Assembly: GCA_964016885.1 (NCBI GenBank)
Contig: OZ024747.1
Location: 744,001 to 808,000, forward strand
DNA length: 64,000 bases
Origin: Eledone cirrhosa
Taxonomy: Eukaryota
Direction of reading: 5' to 3'
Positions within the stretch are counted from its first letter, which is position 1, and each line of letters opens with the position of its first letter. The notes beneath the pieces are model-generated. The model ran no database searches and was not told the DNA's origin. It saw nothing but the letters and a program-made list of their open reading frames with translations. The translations under genes and the position numbers were made by a program. Shown here piece by piece: positions 26,282 through 39,648 of this stretch.

Positions 26282-26557
26282 AAAGTCTGTCTCGAACCTG
26301 GAGGTCAAGTCAGTACTTATCCCAGTTTCCATGGTATGAAGCAACTGACTGTACAAGACTTCCCCCTGGACAGGAAGCCAGTCCATCGCAGGGTTAGAAC
26401 CCCAGCTATTGCTGGTATTCATTTTAAGCTGAGTATACTGAAGCAATGTGAAATGAAGTGTTTTGCTCAAGAACACAACACACAACCTAATCCAAGAATC
26501 GAAACCACAACATTATGATCATAAGTCCAACACTTATCACTTGGCCACATGCCTTCA
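26282..26557 (-). mobile_element. tRNA-head SINE, family 1
   Basis: Minus strand GGTGAAGGCATGTGGCCAAGTGATAAG...GGTTTCGATTC...TTGTGTTCTTGAGCAAAACACTTCATTTCACATTGCTTCAGT...CCCTGCGATGGACTGGC. Confidence 0.7.
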
Positions 26558-27467
26558 CCAGTAGTTCAACCTACTAAAACTTGCAGTCAACCTTCCACAA
26601 ATTGTATCCTACAATCTTCAAAAAGAAGGACCACCTTATATAATATATCCTTATTAGACAACATAGTCTAAAATGTTGTAAACTCATCAGAAGACTGAAT
26701 GGTAACAGCTTCAACATGAATATCTTTCATATGACTGCTTGATCAGGATTTGCCTGGGGTTAGACAACCACAAAACAGCTAAAACTAGCCACCTGTTCAA
26801 ATCAAAGTCGATGTTTTGTTGTCTGGCATTTGATCTTTCATTATCCAGATTAACCCGGCTTGAAAACCTGTTTTATTGATATCTTCTTCTTCATTGAAAT
26901 AAAAGTTTTAATAATGGCTATTCTCTTCTCTGGTATACTTAAGTATTCCTACCCTCATCTCAATACTAACAGACATACACCATAAAAAGGCTTACCAGGA
27001 AATGCAACAATTCTCTGTAAACAAATATAGAAATCCAGGCCATTGAAGGTCTGAAATTACTTTTTATGTACTAACAGGTTTCACCTAACCCCCCCAAAAC
27101 AACAGTAAAGAATATTATTGTGCATAATACTTGAAAAAGAGTACTCAATACATATTGTAAAGTTTAATTATTCATTAGAAAGTGATGAATCAGTCACTCT
27201 ACAGTGTCTCGCTATATGTATTTCTTCAGGCAACCAAAAAAAAAAAAAGAATAATTTCTCCTCTGTTGTTTGAAGGAATGTGCAGAGAAAAAACCCCCAA
27301 AACTCTGAGTAGCAACTGTAAATCATCATCATCATTTAACACCCGTTTTCCCTGTTAACCCACTTTAAATGATGTAAATTGGTTGAAGCAGATGATTAAT
27401 TGTTGCTATTCAGAATTGTGTGCTAAGTGCATTCGTTCACACAAACCAGGAATCTTATCTCTCTCCA

Positions 27468-27605
27468 TTTATATTAAGGCTAAAAAGTGAGTCTTGTTTC
27501 TCTAGGAGAAACTCCAGAGTAACAGGACTCACTATTTAGCCTTAATATAAATAAATATTAAAACTCTACTTTGGCATTGAGCACTCCTTTTTCTCAGCTT
27601 TCAAC

Positions 27606-27610
<5 letters not shown>
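27468..27610. repeat. Fold-back repeat family member
   Basis: TTATATTAAGGCTAAAAAGTGAGTCTTGTT pairs with AACAGGACTCACTATTTAGCCTTAATATAA. Confidence 0.65.
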
Positions 27611-27644
<34 letters not shown>

Positions 27645-27764
27645 CAGGTTCATCATGGTGGGAAACATGACCAGCAAGAGCCATATATATATATATATAT
27701 ATATATGCCGAATTATTAGCCGTCGAAACGGCTTGGGCTCAGCCGTCGGGGTCCTACTCGTTCC

Positions 27765-27803
<39 letters not shown>

Positions 27804-27840
27804 CGATATTAAACAAATGGAAACTATATTTATAAAACCA

Positions 27841-27915
27841 TATTTATTTCATTATACATATTTCGGGGATACCATATTAAAAATATGGCATGCCTTCTTC
27901 AGATAAAATACAATA
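27841..27915 (-). ncRNA. Type I hammerhead ribozyme (left arm of palindrome)
   Basis: Mirror of 28046-28120. Confidence 0.65.
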
Positions 27916-28045
27916 TATAAACAGTTTTATAAATAATTTTGACGTACCATAAATATTGAGCAACCGTTATGTAGGAAGCCGGTTTCCTACATAACGGTTG
28001 CTCAATATTTATGGTACGTCAAAATTATTTATAAAACTGTTTATA

Positions 28046-28120
28046 TATTGTATTTTATCTGAAGAAGGTATGCCATATTTTTAATATGGTATCCCCGAAA
28101 TATGTATAATGAAATAAATA
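28046..28120 (+). ncRNA. Type I hammerhead ribozyme (right arm of palindrome)
   Basis: TATTTTAT-CTGAAGA-[ATGCCATAT/ATATGGTAT stem II]-GAAA-TATGTA-TA-ATGAAATA. Stem I is 8 bp and extendable by TATT/AATA. Confidence 0.7.
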
Positions 28121-28243
28121 TGGTTTTATAAATATAGTTTCCATTTGTTTAATATCGTATATATACTCCAAAACTTGTCGAGTGCTTTATATCAGTTATA
28201 AAATATTTACTTGTTGTAACCCAACAATTTTAAATAAAACTTT

Positions 28244-28275
<32 letters not shown>

Positions 28276-28278
<3 letters not shown>

Positions 28279-28736
28279 TATTTGGCAATATACTGTATGT
28301 TTAATTTAAAACATTTTGAAGACCATATACTATCGGTTTTAAAGTAGTGACTATGTCACTTCTTTTCGTCTTTTCGGCGAAAGAAGGGAGAGAAGCTAAC
28401 AGTCTGTTTCACGCTGTTTGGTGATCATCAGAGCCATGCACTCCCTGCTTTCACCGAAAATTATAGAAGCTGGATTCTTATAGAATTCCAGTAATAATCA
28501 GGAGCTGATTATACAGAGCGATTGCCAGTTCAGCAAAAGTTAGGTATTAGGATTGGTGCTCTGAAGTAGCGATGAATATATGTATAGTATATTTGGCAAT
28601 ATACCGTATGTTTAATTAAAAACATTTTGAAGACCATACACTATCGCTTTTAAAGTAGTGACTATGTCACTTCTTTTCGGCGAAAGAAGGGAGAGAAGCT
28701 AACAGTCTGTTTCATGCTGTTTGGCGATCATCAGTG

Positions 28737-28740
<4 letters not shown>
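28276..28740 (-). mobile_element. 1.5-mer tandem element with a hammerhead-like motif per repeat (retrozyme or Penelope pLTR remnant)
   Basis: 28276-28437 is repeated at 28587-28740. The minus strand reads CTGATGA...GAAACAGACTGTT-AGCT in both copies. Flanked by (TA)n. Confidence 0.55.
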
Positions 28741-28775
<35 letters not shown>

Positions 28776-28953
28776 TGTAATAAACAACATAAGATAATTA
28801 TTTCATTTACCAGTGGTTTCTTGAAAGCAAATAAATCTGCTTTCAGTTGTCAGAATGTGGATTTGAAAACAAAAATATAAGAAATATGAAAGTGAGGCTG
28901 AGGAAACAACGAGGGAAGAAAGAAAAAGGGATTATATATATATAAGTATATAT

Positions 28954-29008
<55 letters not shown>

Positions 29009-29089
29009 GATAGAACCAGTTTAAAACTAGCTATTGAAACAGCAAGAGCTCAACCGTTGGGTCCCGACTCTTTATATATATATATATAT

Positions 29090-29230
29090 ATTCATTTTAT
29101 TAAGACTAAATAGTGATAAACAAGTGAAACTCCAGAGTAACAAGCCTCACTATTTAACTTTAATAAATTGAATATTTAAACTCTACTTCAGTATTGAGTA
29201 CTCTTTTCTCTCACCTGTTAACCACATACG
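29090..29230. repeat. Fold-back repeat family member
   Basis: ATTCATTTTATTAAGACTAAATAGTGA pairs with TCACTATTTAACTTTAATAAATTGAAT. Same core as 27468-27610. Confidence 0.6.
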
Positions 29231-29819
29231 GATATATTATTTTACACACTCACTAACCATTTACCTGTTCAGCACTTTGCATATCAACCTCAAACCTCTC
29301 CACCGTTCACACTAAACTGCTTATTTATTATTCATGATCTACTTTGATGTGCTCTCACTAACAGTTTTACATTACTGTTGCAGTTGCTGCTATTGTTGCC
29401 TCTGACAACAACAACAACCTGCTATTGCTGTGTTAGCCTCGTTGCTCTAACTCTCTCATCTATCTCCAACATTAACTCTCTACTAATTATCTTCTCAAAA
29501 CTTAACTAACCAACAAACCCACTGAACAGCTTGTCAACCATCATGAATAAACATGTGAGTGAGCAGAACCATGCATCTAATTTTACTTATATATTTTATG
29601 TATTTATTTATTTTAATTTCCATTTCCCCTTTTCTCTGAAGATTTTTCCAACTTTGCCTTATACTTCATCTGTGAGGTTTTCACTGTTTATTGTTTATGT
29701 AACCCTTTAAAAGTGTGTGTGTGTCTGTGTGCTTAGTTTCTTAGAAGATTCTGTTTTGAACCTAGAGTCTCATCAGGTCGAATCTTATCTCATTGGCATT
29801 ACACAATTGAGAGTATGAG

Positions 29820-29968
29820 ATATGCCAGTCTGTTGCAGGGTTATTACTAGTGCTCTTTTTTTTCCACCTGAATGGACAGGCGCAATGAGAAAAATGTACT
29901 ACACAATCTGAGAATCAAACCCAGAACCTTATGATTATGAGCCCAACGCCCTAACCATTAGGTCATAA
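29820..29968 (-). mobile_element. tRNA-head SINE, family 1 (degenerate)
   Basis: Minus strand TGACCTAATGGTTAGGGCGTTGGGCTCATAATCATAAGGTTCTGGGTTTGATTC, a tRNA-like head. Confidence 0.55.
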
Positions 29969-30157
29969 ACCTACACAGGTTCACATGATACTAATTTGGA
30001 GATCATAAACTTACATGAGTTCACTTGATACTAGTTTGAAGATCACTCACCTACACAGGTTCACTTGATCCTGATTTGGAGGTCACACACAAAGACTCAC
30101 TTGATATTAGTTTGGAGGTCATAAACCTACAGAGGTTCACTTGATACTAGTTTGGAA
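29961..30157. repeat. ~41-bp degenerate tandem repeat, about 5 copies
   Basis: GGTCATAAACCTACACAGGTTCACTTGATACTAGTTTGGA-like units. Confidence 0.85.
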
Positions 30158-30514
30158 ATCTATGAAGTGTTTATGTATCCTGTTTCATCTAAAATATTTA
30201 TTAAATGATTGTAAAATATTTTCTAGTTGTTTGTTGATTATCAATGTATTGTTCTTGACATACTCATTATCCCAAACACCAATGTTTCACCCATGTCATA
30301 CAAATTGTATTTATCTGTAAATTGATAGCCCAGTAAATCTGATGAGAAAAGATATCTGTAGTTGACAGATCTCCACAATGTCATTTAATTACAGCTAAGC
30401 TAGCAACATTTGTCTTCCATATATATATATTTGTATTTGTCAGATAATTAACTTCTGTTTAGACATTATGTTCATATCTGTTTTAGAGAGCTTAATAATA
30501 CGGTTATTAGTTGG

Positions 30515-31399
30515 CTGGTCATCTCTACATCTGTCTGGTCATCTCCTCTACATCTGTCTGGTCACCTCCTTTACATCTGTCTGGTCATCTCCTCTACATC
30601 TGTCTGGTCATCTCCTCTACATCTGTCTGGTCACCTCCTCTACATCTGTCTGGTCACCTCTACATCTGTCTGGTCACCTCCTCCACATCTGTCTGGTCAC
30701 CTCCTTCACATCTGTCTGGTCACCTCTACATCTGTCTAGTCATCTTCTCTACATCTGTCTGGTCATCTTCTCTACATCTGTCTGGTCATCTCCTCTACAT
30801 CTGTCTGGTCATCTCCTCTACATCTGTCTAGTCATCTCCTCTACATCTGTCTAGTCATCTCCTCTACATCTGTCTGGTCATCTCCTCTACATCTGTCTGG
30901 TCACCTCCTCTACATCTGTCTGGTCACCTCCTCTACATCTGTCTGGTCACCTCCTCTACATCTGTCTGGTCACCTCCTCTACATCTGTCTGGTCACCTCC
31001 TCTACATCTGTCTGGTCATCTCCTCTACATCTGTCTGGTCATCTCCTCTAGATCTGACTGGGCATCTCCTCTACATCTGTCTGGTCACCACCTCCACATC
31101 TATCTGGTCACCTCCTCTACATATGTCTGGTCTCCTCTACATCTGTCTGGTCATCTCCTCTACATCTGTCTGGTCATCTCCTCTAGATCTGTCTGGTCAC
31201 CACCTCTACATCTGACTGGGCATCTCCTCTACATCTGTCTGGTCACCACCTCCACATCTATCTGGTCACCTCCTCTACATATGTCTGGTCACCTCTACAT
31301 ATGTCTGGTCATCTCCTCTACATCTGACTGGTCATCTCCTCTACATCTGACTGGTCATCTCCTCTACATCTGTCTGGTCATCTCCTCTACATCTGTCTG
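30515..31399. repeat. 23-bp minisatellite (TCATCTCCTCTACATCTGTCTGG) with 20-bp variants
   Basis: Head-to-tail units with no spacers. Confidence 0.95.
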
Positions 31400-31949
31400 T
31401 AGAGCTTGGTTGTATCTGTTGGTCAGTTTCTTAACAGCATTTACTTCCCAACTTGTATTGGATGATGTTTAATCTCAACGTTAGGTAGTTGACCAGTCAC
31501 AGATTATCTTCACCTCCCACCACCTCTAGCTGCTAGAGAGGAGATTTGATCTAAGAAAACTATATTTTCTTGACTGGTGTTCATACACACACACACACAA
31601 GCACATACATACACACAGACACAAGCACACATATACATACACACACACACACACACACACACAGACACACAGACACACATACACAAGCACACATATACAC
31701 AGACACACACACACATAGACACAAGCAGACATACACACACAGATACACACATGATTATATAAACCCTCAAATGAATTAACTTATCCTCTTAATTGGATTA
31801 GTGATTACCTGATAGTTACATACATACATATATATGTGTATGTATATTTACATATATATATATGTATGTATATATACATATATTTATATATGTATGTATA
31901 TGTATGTATATATACATATATGTATATGTATGTATATATACATACATTG

Positions 31950-32157
31950 TATCTGGAGATCTCTCTGCACTTGTCGTCACATGGTACAATGGGCTCAGCA
32001 CTATGTGTCAGTAATTGTCACAAGTGTAGTCTTTGTACCAGAGTTTTCAAGTCGCTGGCTGGACTAAAAAGTCACACTCGTTCAGCGCATCGGTAGGGGT
32101 TCTCCTACATGGATATAAAGTAGTGGCCGTACTCGAAAACGAGTTGGCAGCCACCAT
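31950..32157 (+). mobile_element. 3' end of a non-autonomous RTE-like element
   Basis: Near-identical to 44373-44579. Encodes a relic C2H2 finger [22 protein letters not shown]. Confidence 0.75.
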
Positions 32158-32276
32158 GTATGTATATATATGTATATATACATATATGTATGTATATATA
32201 CATATATGTATATGTATGTATATATATATATATGTATATGTATATATACGTATATATATACATATATGTATATCTA

Positions 32277-32527
32277 TGTAGGCAACACGGTAAAAACGTC
32301 CCAGTCCCACACTGTAAATGTGGTTGGTGTTAGGAAGGGCATCCAGCTGTAGAAAACCTCCCAGCCCCACACTGTAAATGTGGTTGGTGTTAGGAAGGGC
32401 ATCCAACTGTAGAAAACCCGCCAGACAGTCCTATGCGAGCAAGACAACCACTCTTGCCTCAAGTGGGAAAACTCCCGTCCAAACCCATGCAAGCGTGGAA
32501 CACGGACGTTAAACGATGATGATGATG
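32277..32527 (+). mobile_element. RTE family A 3' UTR fragment with (GAT)n tail
   Basis: Matches 46349-46541, with an internal ~60-bp duplication. Confidence 0.8.
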
Positions 32528-32643
32528 TATATATACATATATATATGTATATATACATATATGTATATGTATGTATATATACATATATATATGTATATAT
32601 ATATATATGTATGTATATATACATATATATGTATGTATATATA

Positions 32644-32720
<77 letters not shown>

Positions 32721-32755
32721 ATGTATATGTATGTATATATATATATATATATATG

Positions 32756-32800
<45 letters not shown>

Positions 32801-32803
32801 ATG

Positions 32804-32870
<67 letters not shown>

Positions 32871-32897
32871 ATGTGTATATATATATATGTATATATG

Positions 32898-33003
<106 letters not shown>

Positions 33004-33009
33004 TGTATG

Positions 33010-33121
<112 letters not shown>

Positions 33122-33150
33122 TGTATATATATATGTATATGTATGTATAT

Positions 33151-33310
33151 ATCATCATCATCATCAACGTTTAACGTCCGTGTTCCACGCTTGCATGGGT
33201 TTGGACGGGGGTTTTCCTACTTGAGGCAAGAGTTATTGTCTTGCTCGCATAGGACTGTCTGGCGGGTTTTCTACAGTTGGATGCCCTTCCTAACACCAAC
33301 CACATTTACA
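33151..33310 (-). mobile_element. RTE family A 3' UTR fragment
   Basis: (ATC)n followed by the reverse complement of the family A terminus. Confidence 0.8.
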
Positions 33311-33742
33311 ATATATATATATGTATATGTATGTATATATGTATATGTATGTATATATATATATGTATATGTATGTATATATGTATATGTATGTATATAT
33401 ATATATATGTATATGTATGTATATATATATATGTATATGTATATGTATGTATATATATATATATGTATATGAATATGTATGTATATATATATATGATAAT
33501 AATGGAGCTGCGGCGCTGCAAATGGGTTACATATGAAAAAGTTTGTCCTCATCAGTGGCCTTCCAACCGTCGTAGGCATTTCGTCGCATTAAAGGCCATA
33601 TACCTCAGGTTGGTGCGAGCAACGGCTAAAAAAAAGTCGTTGGGACACGTAAATAAGGGGGACGCTAGGGTAAACAAACAAAATGTTTAAGCAGCAGAAA
33701 GTGATGAAGAAAGAAACAAGATATATATATATATATACATAC

Positions 33743-33784
<42 letters not shown>

Positions 33785-33791
33785 GTATATG

Positions 33792-33836
<45 letters not shown>

Positions 33837-33842
33837 ATATAT

Positions 33843-33883
<41 letters not shown>

Positions 33884-33985
33884 TATATGTATGTATATAT
33901 ATATATATGTATGTATATATATATATATATGTATATCTATGTATATATATATATATATGTATGTATATATATATATGTGTGTGTG

Positions 33986-34042
<57 letters not shown>

Positions 34043-34070
34043 ATGTATGTATGTATATATGTATGTATAT

Positions 34071-35260
34071 ATCATCATCATCAACGTTTAACGTCCGTGT
34101 TCCACGCTTGCATGGGTTTGGACGGGGGTAGTCCCACTTGAGGCAAGAGTGATTGTCTTGCTCGCATAGGACTGTCTGGCAGGTTTTCTACAGTTGGATG
34201 CCCTTCCTAACACCAACCACATTTACAGTGTGGGTCTGGGAGGTTTTTACCGTGTTGCCTACATGGCCACATTACAGCGTGGACTGTGTGTTTTTTTGTC
34301 GTGACACCTACACGATCTCATTTGTTTCGACCTGGATGGCGCGGCACCAACATAACTTTACATAGAACGGGGTGGTGTGGATGGGGTGGGGGTGGTGGTG
34401 GTGGGACGGGGTGTATTTTGTTAGAGATGCCTACTGGCTGGAGTAGGTTTTACTATATATTTAGGTAAGGCGGGTCTTCTCTGTTACTGAGTACCGCCAA
34501 AGGTCTCGGTCCAGTGACATTGTCTTGGAGAGGTGTAAGTGTGTGATGTCGGAGTTTATCAGCTCGTCCCAGGTTTTTCTAGGTCTGCCTATTCCGTGAC
34601 TACCGTCTATCTTTATTGCCCTGCACTTTGTTATACAGCTATCGACTTTCATGCGCATCATGTGTCCATACCAACGTAGCCTTCTCTCGAGTAAACAACA
34701 GCTGATCCCTCTTATCTCTAATTTTTTCCTTAGTTCGTTTATGCTTTGCCGTTCACGTATATTACTGTTACACATCCAGCGGAGCATGCAAGCTTCGTTC
34801 CTCTCTAGTCTGCGTATATCCTCTGCACACAATGCCCAGGTCTCACTGCCATGCAGCATTGCTGTTCGTATGCAGGCATCGTACAACCTGCTTTTCATTT
34901 TTAGGGAGAACCCTTTAGCAGCTAATAGTGGTATAAGCTCTCTGAACTTTTTCCAACCAGTTCTGACTCTAGCTACAGTACTTTCAGAGCACCCTCCCCC
35001 ACTGCTGATTTTATCGCCCAGGTAACGGAAGCTGTCCACTATTTCTATAGAACCCTCTGCGCAATTGAAAGAGCTAGTATTTGTGGGCACTTGCTGCTAC
35101 TTATTGCACCAGAACACCGGCCACATGTAAAATCTATGTTCTTAGTTAGCTTACCTGTGATCCCACTACATCTTTTATGCACCCATACTTTGCATTTAGG
35201 ACATAAAATGGAGTTTCTACCAGAAGGGACCGCCGCCTTGTTTTCTTTCCTACAAACTAG

Positions 35261-35262
<2 letters not shown>
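34071..35262 (-). mobile_element. RTE-clade LINE family A, 5'-truncated
   Basis: [41 protein letters not shown], followed by a 3' UTR and (GAT)n tail. Inverted near-identical copy of 45313-46541, with a small deletion at ~35220 and a frameshift. Confidence 0.9.
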
Positions 35263-35357
<95 letters not shown>

Positions 35358-35359
35358 AA

Positions 35360-35407
<48 letters not shown>

Positions 35408-35413
35408 ATATAA

Positions 35414-35465
<52 letters not shown>

Positions 35466-35797
35466 GTATATGTATGTATATATATATGTATGTATATATA
35501 TATATGTATGTATATGTATGTATATATATATATGTATGTATATGTATGTATATATATGTATGTATATGTATGTATATATATATATGTATGTATATGTATG
35601 TATATATATATATGTATGTATATGTATGTATGTATATGTATGTATATATATGTATGTATGTATGTATATGTATGTATATATATGTATGTATGTATATGTA
35701 TGTATATATATGTATGTATGTATATATATGTATGTATATGTATGTATATATGTATGTATATGTATGTATGTATGTATGTATATATATATATGTATGT

Positions 35798-38700
35798 ATC
35801 ATCATCATCATCATTTTACGTCCGCTTTTCCCTGCTTGCAAGGGTGGGACGGGTCTTATTCAGCACAGCATCTCTCCACTCGTCACGGTCCCTCGTCATC
35901 TCCACCGTGAGCTTCAATGATCTGAGGTCTGTTCTCACCACCTCCGCCCATGTTTTTCGTGGTCTACCTCTACCACGTCTTCCTTCAACTGGCATTTCCT
36001 GGCACTTCTTCACCCATCGGTCATCCTCCATGCGCATCACATGTCCATACCACCTCAGTCTCCTCTCCCGTACACTACATTCTATCCCTCTCAGACACAG
36101 TTTCTCTCTCAACACATTTATGCTGGGTCGTTCACGCACATTTACACTGCACATCCAACGGAGCATGCTTGCCTCATTTCTCTCCAGCTGTCGCATATCC
36201 TCTGCGGTTGCTGCCCATGTCTCACTACCATGCAGCATCGCGCTCCTCACACAGGCATCATACAACCGGCCTTTCGTACGCAGGGAGAAACCCTTCTTCG
36301 TCAACAGAGGAAGCAGCTCCCTAAACTTCTTCCAACCCGTCCTTATTCTAGATACTATGGCCTCGGAACACCCTCCTCCCATGCTAATCTGATCTCCTAG
36401 GTACCGGAAGCTATCCACCACTTCTATAGCGCCCTCTCGCATTTGAAAAATGTGTCTATCAGTGCGACTTCTACTGTCTAATTTCCCTGTACATCTACTG
36501 CATACATATTTCTCCCTACCTGTTAGTTTGCCTGCTATCCCGCTACATCTCTTGTGTACCCAGGACCTGCATTGTGTGCATTTTATAGAATTTATGCCAG
36601 TTCCTTTTCTGCATATCAAACATGGCCATTTCCCTGACGGAATCAGAGTTTTGCCCTCTTTTCTACTCATCAACACTTTTGTCTTAGCTAGGTTTACTCT
36701 CAGTCCTCTTGCTTCCAACTGCTGTTTCCATAGCCAGAATTTATTCTCTAGCTCCTCTACTGATTCTGCTATAAGAACCAGATCATCAGCATAGAGAAGT
36801 TCCCATGGACAGCCAGTCTTAAACTCCTCTGTTATGGCTTGGAGGACTATAATGAACAAGAGCGGGCTGAGGACCAAACCCTGATGTACTCCTACTTGTA
36901 TCTGGAATTCCTCACTAAACTCCATTCCTACCCTGACTTTACTGAGAGTACCTCTGTACAAAGTTTGCACTGTCCTCACAAGCCATTCCTCAACACCTAG
37001 CTTCCTTAGGGACCACCAGATGACAGATCGGGGTACCCTATCAAACGCTAAGTATAGTGGCTTATTCTTCTCTAAGAACCTCTCTTGCATTTGTCTCACC
37101 AAGAAGAGGGCATCTGTTGTACTTTCCCAGGCACAAAACCAAACTGCATCTCATCTAGTTTGACCCTTTCTCTAATTAGTTGTGCTAAAATCCTTTCTGC
37201 CACTTTCATAACCTGATCTATCAGTTTTATACCCCTATAATTGCTCCTCTCCAAAGCATCCCCTTTACCTTTGTAGCAATTTATGAGAATACTGCTGCAC
37301 CAGTCTTTGGGTATGACACCACCATATATAGCCTGATTGATGATGCGTGCAACCAGTTTAGTGCCTACGTCCCCTGATGCCTTCAGCATCTCAGCAACTA
37401 TTCCCGATGGTCCGGCCGCCTTACCATTTTTCATTTCCCTAATCGCCTCTTGGACCCTATATTCGTCAATCTCAATAGCTGGTCCCTCTGTCGGATCTAC
37501 CAAGGGTAATTTCTCTCTCTCCCATTCGTTCTCCACATTCATCAGTCTCTCATAATGACATTTCCAGGCCTCCTTTTTCTGGTCATTCGTGACACTAAGT
37601 ACACCGGCATCATCCCGGACACATTTATCTCCAACAACATCCTGATTTGCATTGACACACTGCCTTGCAATGTGGAACACCGCACGCCTCTGATCTTCCC
37701 GTCGCAGAACACTGGCAAACCTCCTACTCTCTGCCTCCCTGCGTGCTAAGTACACCTGACGTCTAGCTTCTCTCTTAGTGGCTGTATATTCTTCCCTACT
37801 CCCACCCTTTTTCGAAGCCTTCCATGCTAGTCTTTTGTCTCTAATAGCCTTATCTACTGTGCTGTTCCACCACCAGGTCACTCTCTGTCTGGTTGGAGCT
37901 CTGCTCCAGCCACAGGTTTCATCAGTAGCCTGCAGCAAGTTGTCACGTAAGAACTTCCAGTTATTATCTATGTCATACGTCTCTAAATCGTCTTCTTTTT
38001 CGTGATATACATCTTGAAGGGCTTTCCTAAATTTGTATTTTAGTGAAAGGTCTTTTAGCTTCCAGACCTTTCTTCTCCACACCTTCCTATATGTCTCATT
38101 CCATCTCTTGCTTACTGAGATATCACTAACAACTAACCTATGCTGTGGGGGTACATTCTTCCCCAGGGTATGCCTTGGTATTAGACACTATCTGCCTGTC
38201 CTGCTGCCTAACTAGCAGGAAGTCAATCTGGCTTATGTGCTCACCAGATTTGTAGGTTATTAGGTGATTGGCAGGTTTCTGGAAGTTTGTGTTGCAAATA
38301 GTCAATGTACTCGCATCACAAAATTCAAGAAGTCTCACTCCTTCATTTCTTGAACCGTAACCGTGCCCACCATGTACCCCAGTGTAACCATCCTGGAGCT
38401 GTCCAACATGACCATTGAAGTCTCCTGCTAGCATAACGATGTCTCCGTCCTCTGTCATTGTGGTTGTTTGCAAAAGTTGCTCATAAAAGCAGTCTTTCTC
38501 ATCTTTGCCTAGGCCTGCTTGGGGAGCATAGACCGAGATGATTGTCAGTAGTCTCCTACCTACAACTAATCTAAGCTTAATTATTCGATTACTAACTCGA
38601 ACTACCTCTATTGTCTTATTGATCCATTTCTCAGCCAGGAAAATGCCTACTCCCCCTAACCCATCATCCTTACCTACCCAGAATAGCTTATAGCTAAGAC

Positions 38701-38812
38701 GCTTGCCTACGACTAGTCTCGCAGAGGCACCTCTCCATCTCACCTCTTGCACGCAGCACACATCCACCTGCCTTCTCTCCAGCATCTCCGCTATTTCAGC
38801 AGATCTACCTCT
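35798..38812 (-). mobile_element. RTE-clade LINE family C, near full-length EN+RT, frameshifted
   Basis: EN motifs ([24 protein letters not shown]) and RT motifs (NYRGIKL, QFGF, GVHQG, LYADD). Split into three ORFs by frameshifts. The stop codon is immediately followed by the (ATG)n tail. Confidence 0.92.
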
Positions 38813-38995
38813 ATATATATATATATATGTATGTATATATATATATATATGTATGTATATATATATATATATGTATGTATATATATATATATATGTATGT
38901 ATATATATATATATATATGTATGTATATATATATGTATGTATATATATATGTATGTATATATATATATATGTATGTATATATATATATATGTATG

Positions 38996-39026
<31 letters not shown>

Positions 39027-39069
39027 ATATATATATATGTATATATATGTATGTATATATATATATATG

Positions 39070-39108
<39 letters not shown>

Positions 39109-39421
39109 ATATATATATATGTATGTATATATATATATATGTATGTATATATATATATATGTATGTATATATATATATATGTATGTATATATATATATAT
39201 GTATGTATATATATATATATGTATGTATATATATATATATGTATGTGTATATATATATATATGTATGTGTATATATATATATATGTATGTATATATATAT
39301 ATGTATGTATATATATATATGTATGTGTATATATATATATATATGTATGTGTATATATATATATATATGTATGTATATATATATATATATATGTATGTAT
39401 ATATATATATATATATGTATG

Positions 39422-39452
<31 letters not shown>

Positions 39453-39609
39453 GTATATATGTATGTATGTATGTATATATATATGTATGTATGTATGTAT
39501 ATATATATATGTATGTATGTATGTATATATATATGTATGTATGTATGTATATATATATGTATGTATGTATGTATATATGTATGTATGTATGTATGTATAT
39601 ATATGTATG

Positions 39610-39648
<39 letters not shown>

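Larger units (their letters stand above)
27796..28165. repeat. Near-perfect ~370-bp palindrome (centre 27980/27981)
   Basis: The arms are reverse complements with two mismatches seen and no spacer. Both ends are in TA. Confidence 0.95.

Noticed and set aside
23242-31399. CRISPR-like appearance of the 28-, 43- and 23-bp arrays
   Set aside because: The units are head-to-tail with no unique spacers, there are no cas genes, and the context is eukaryotic.
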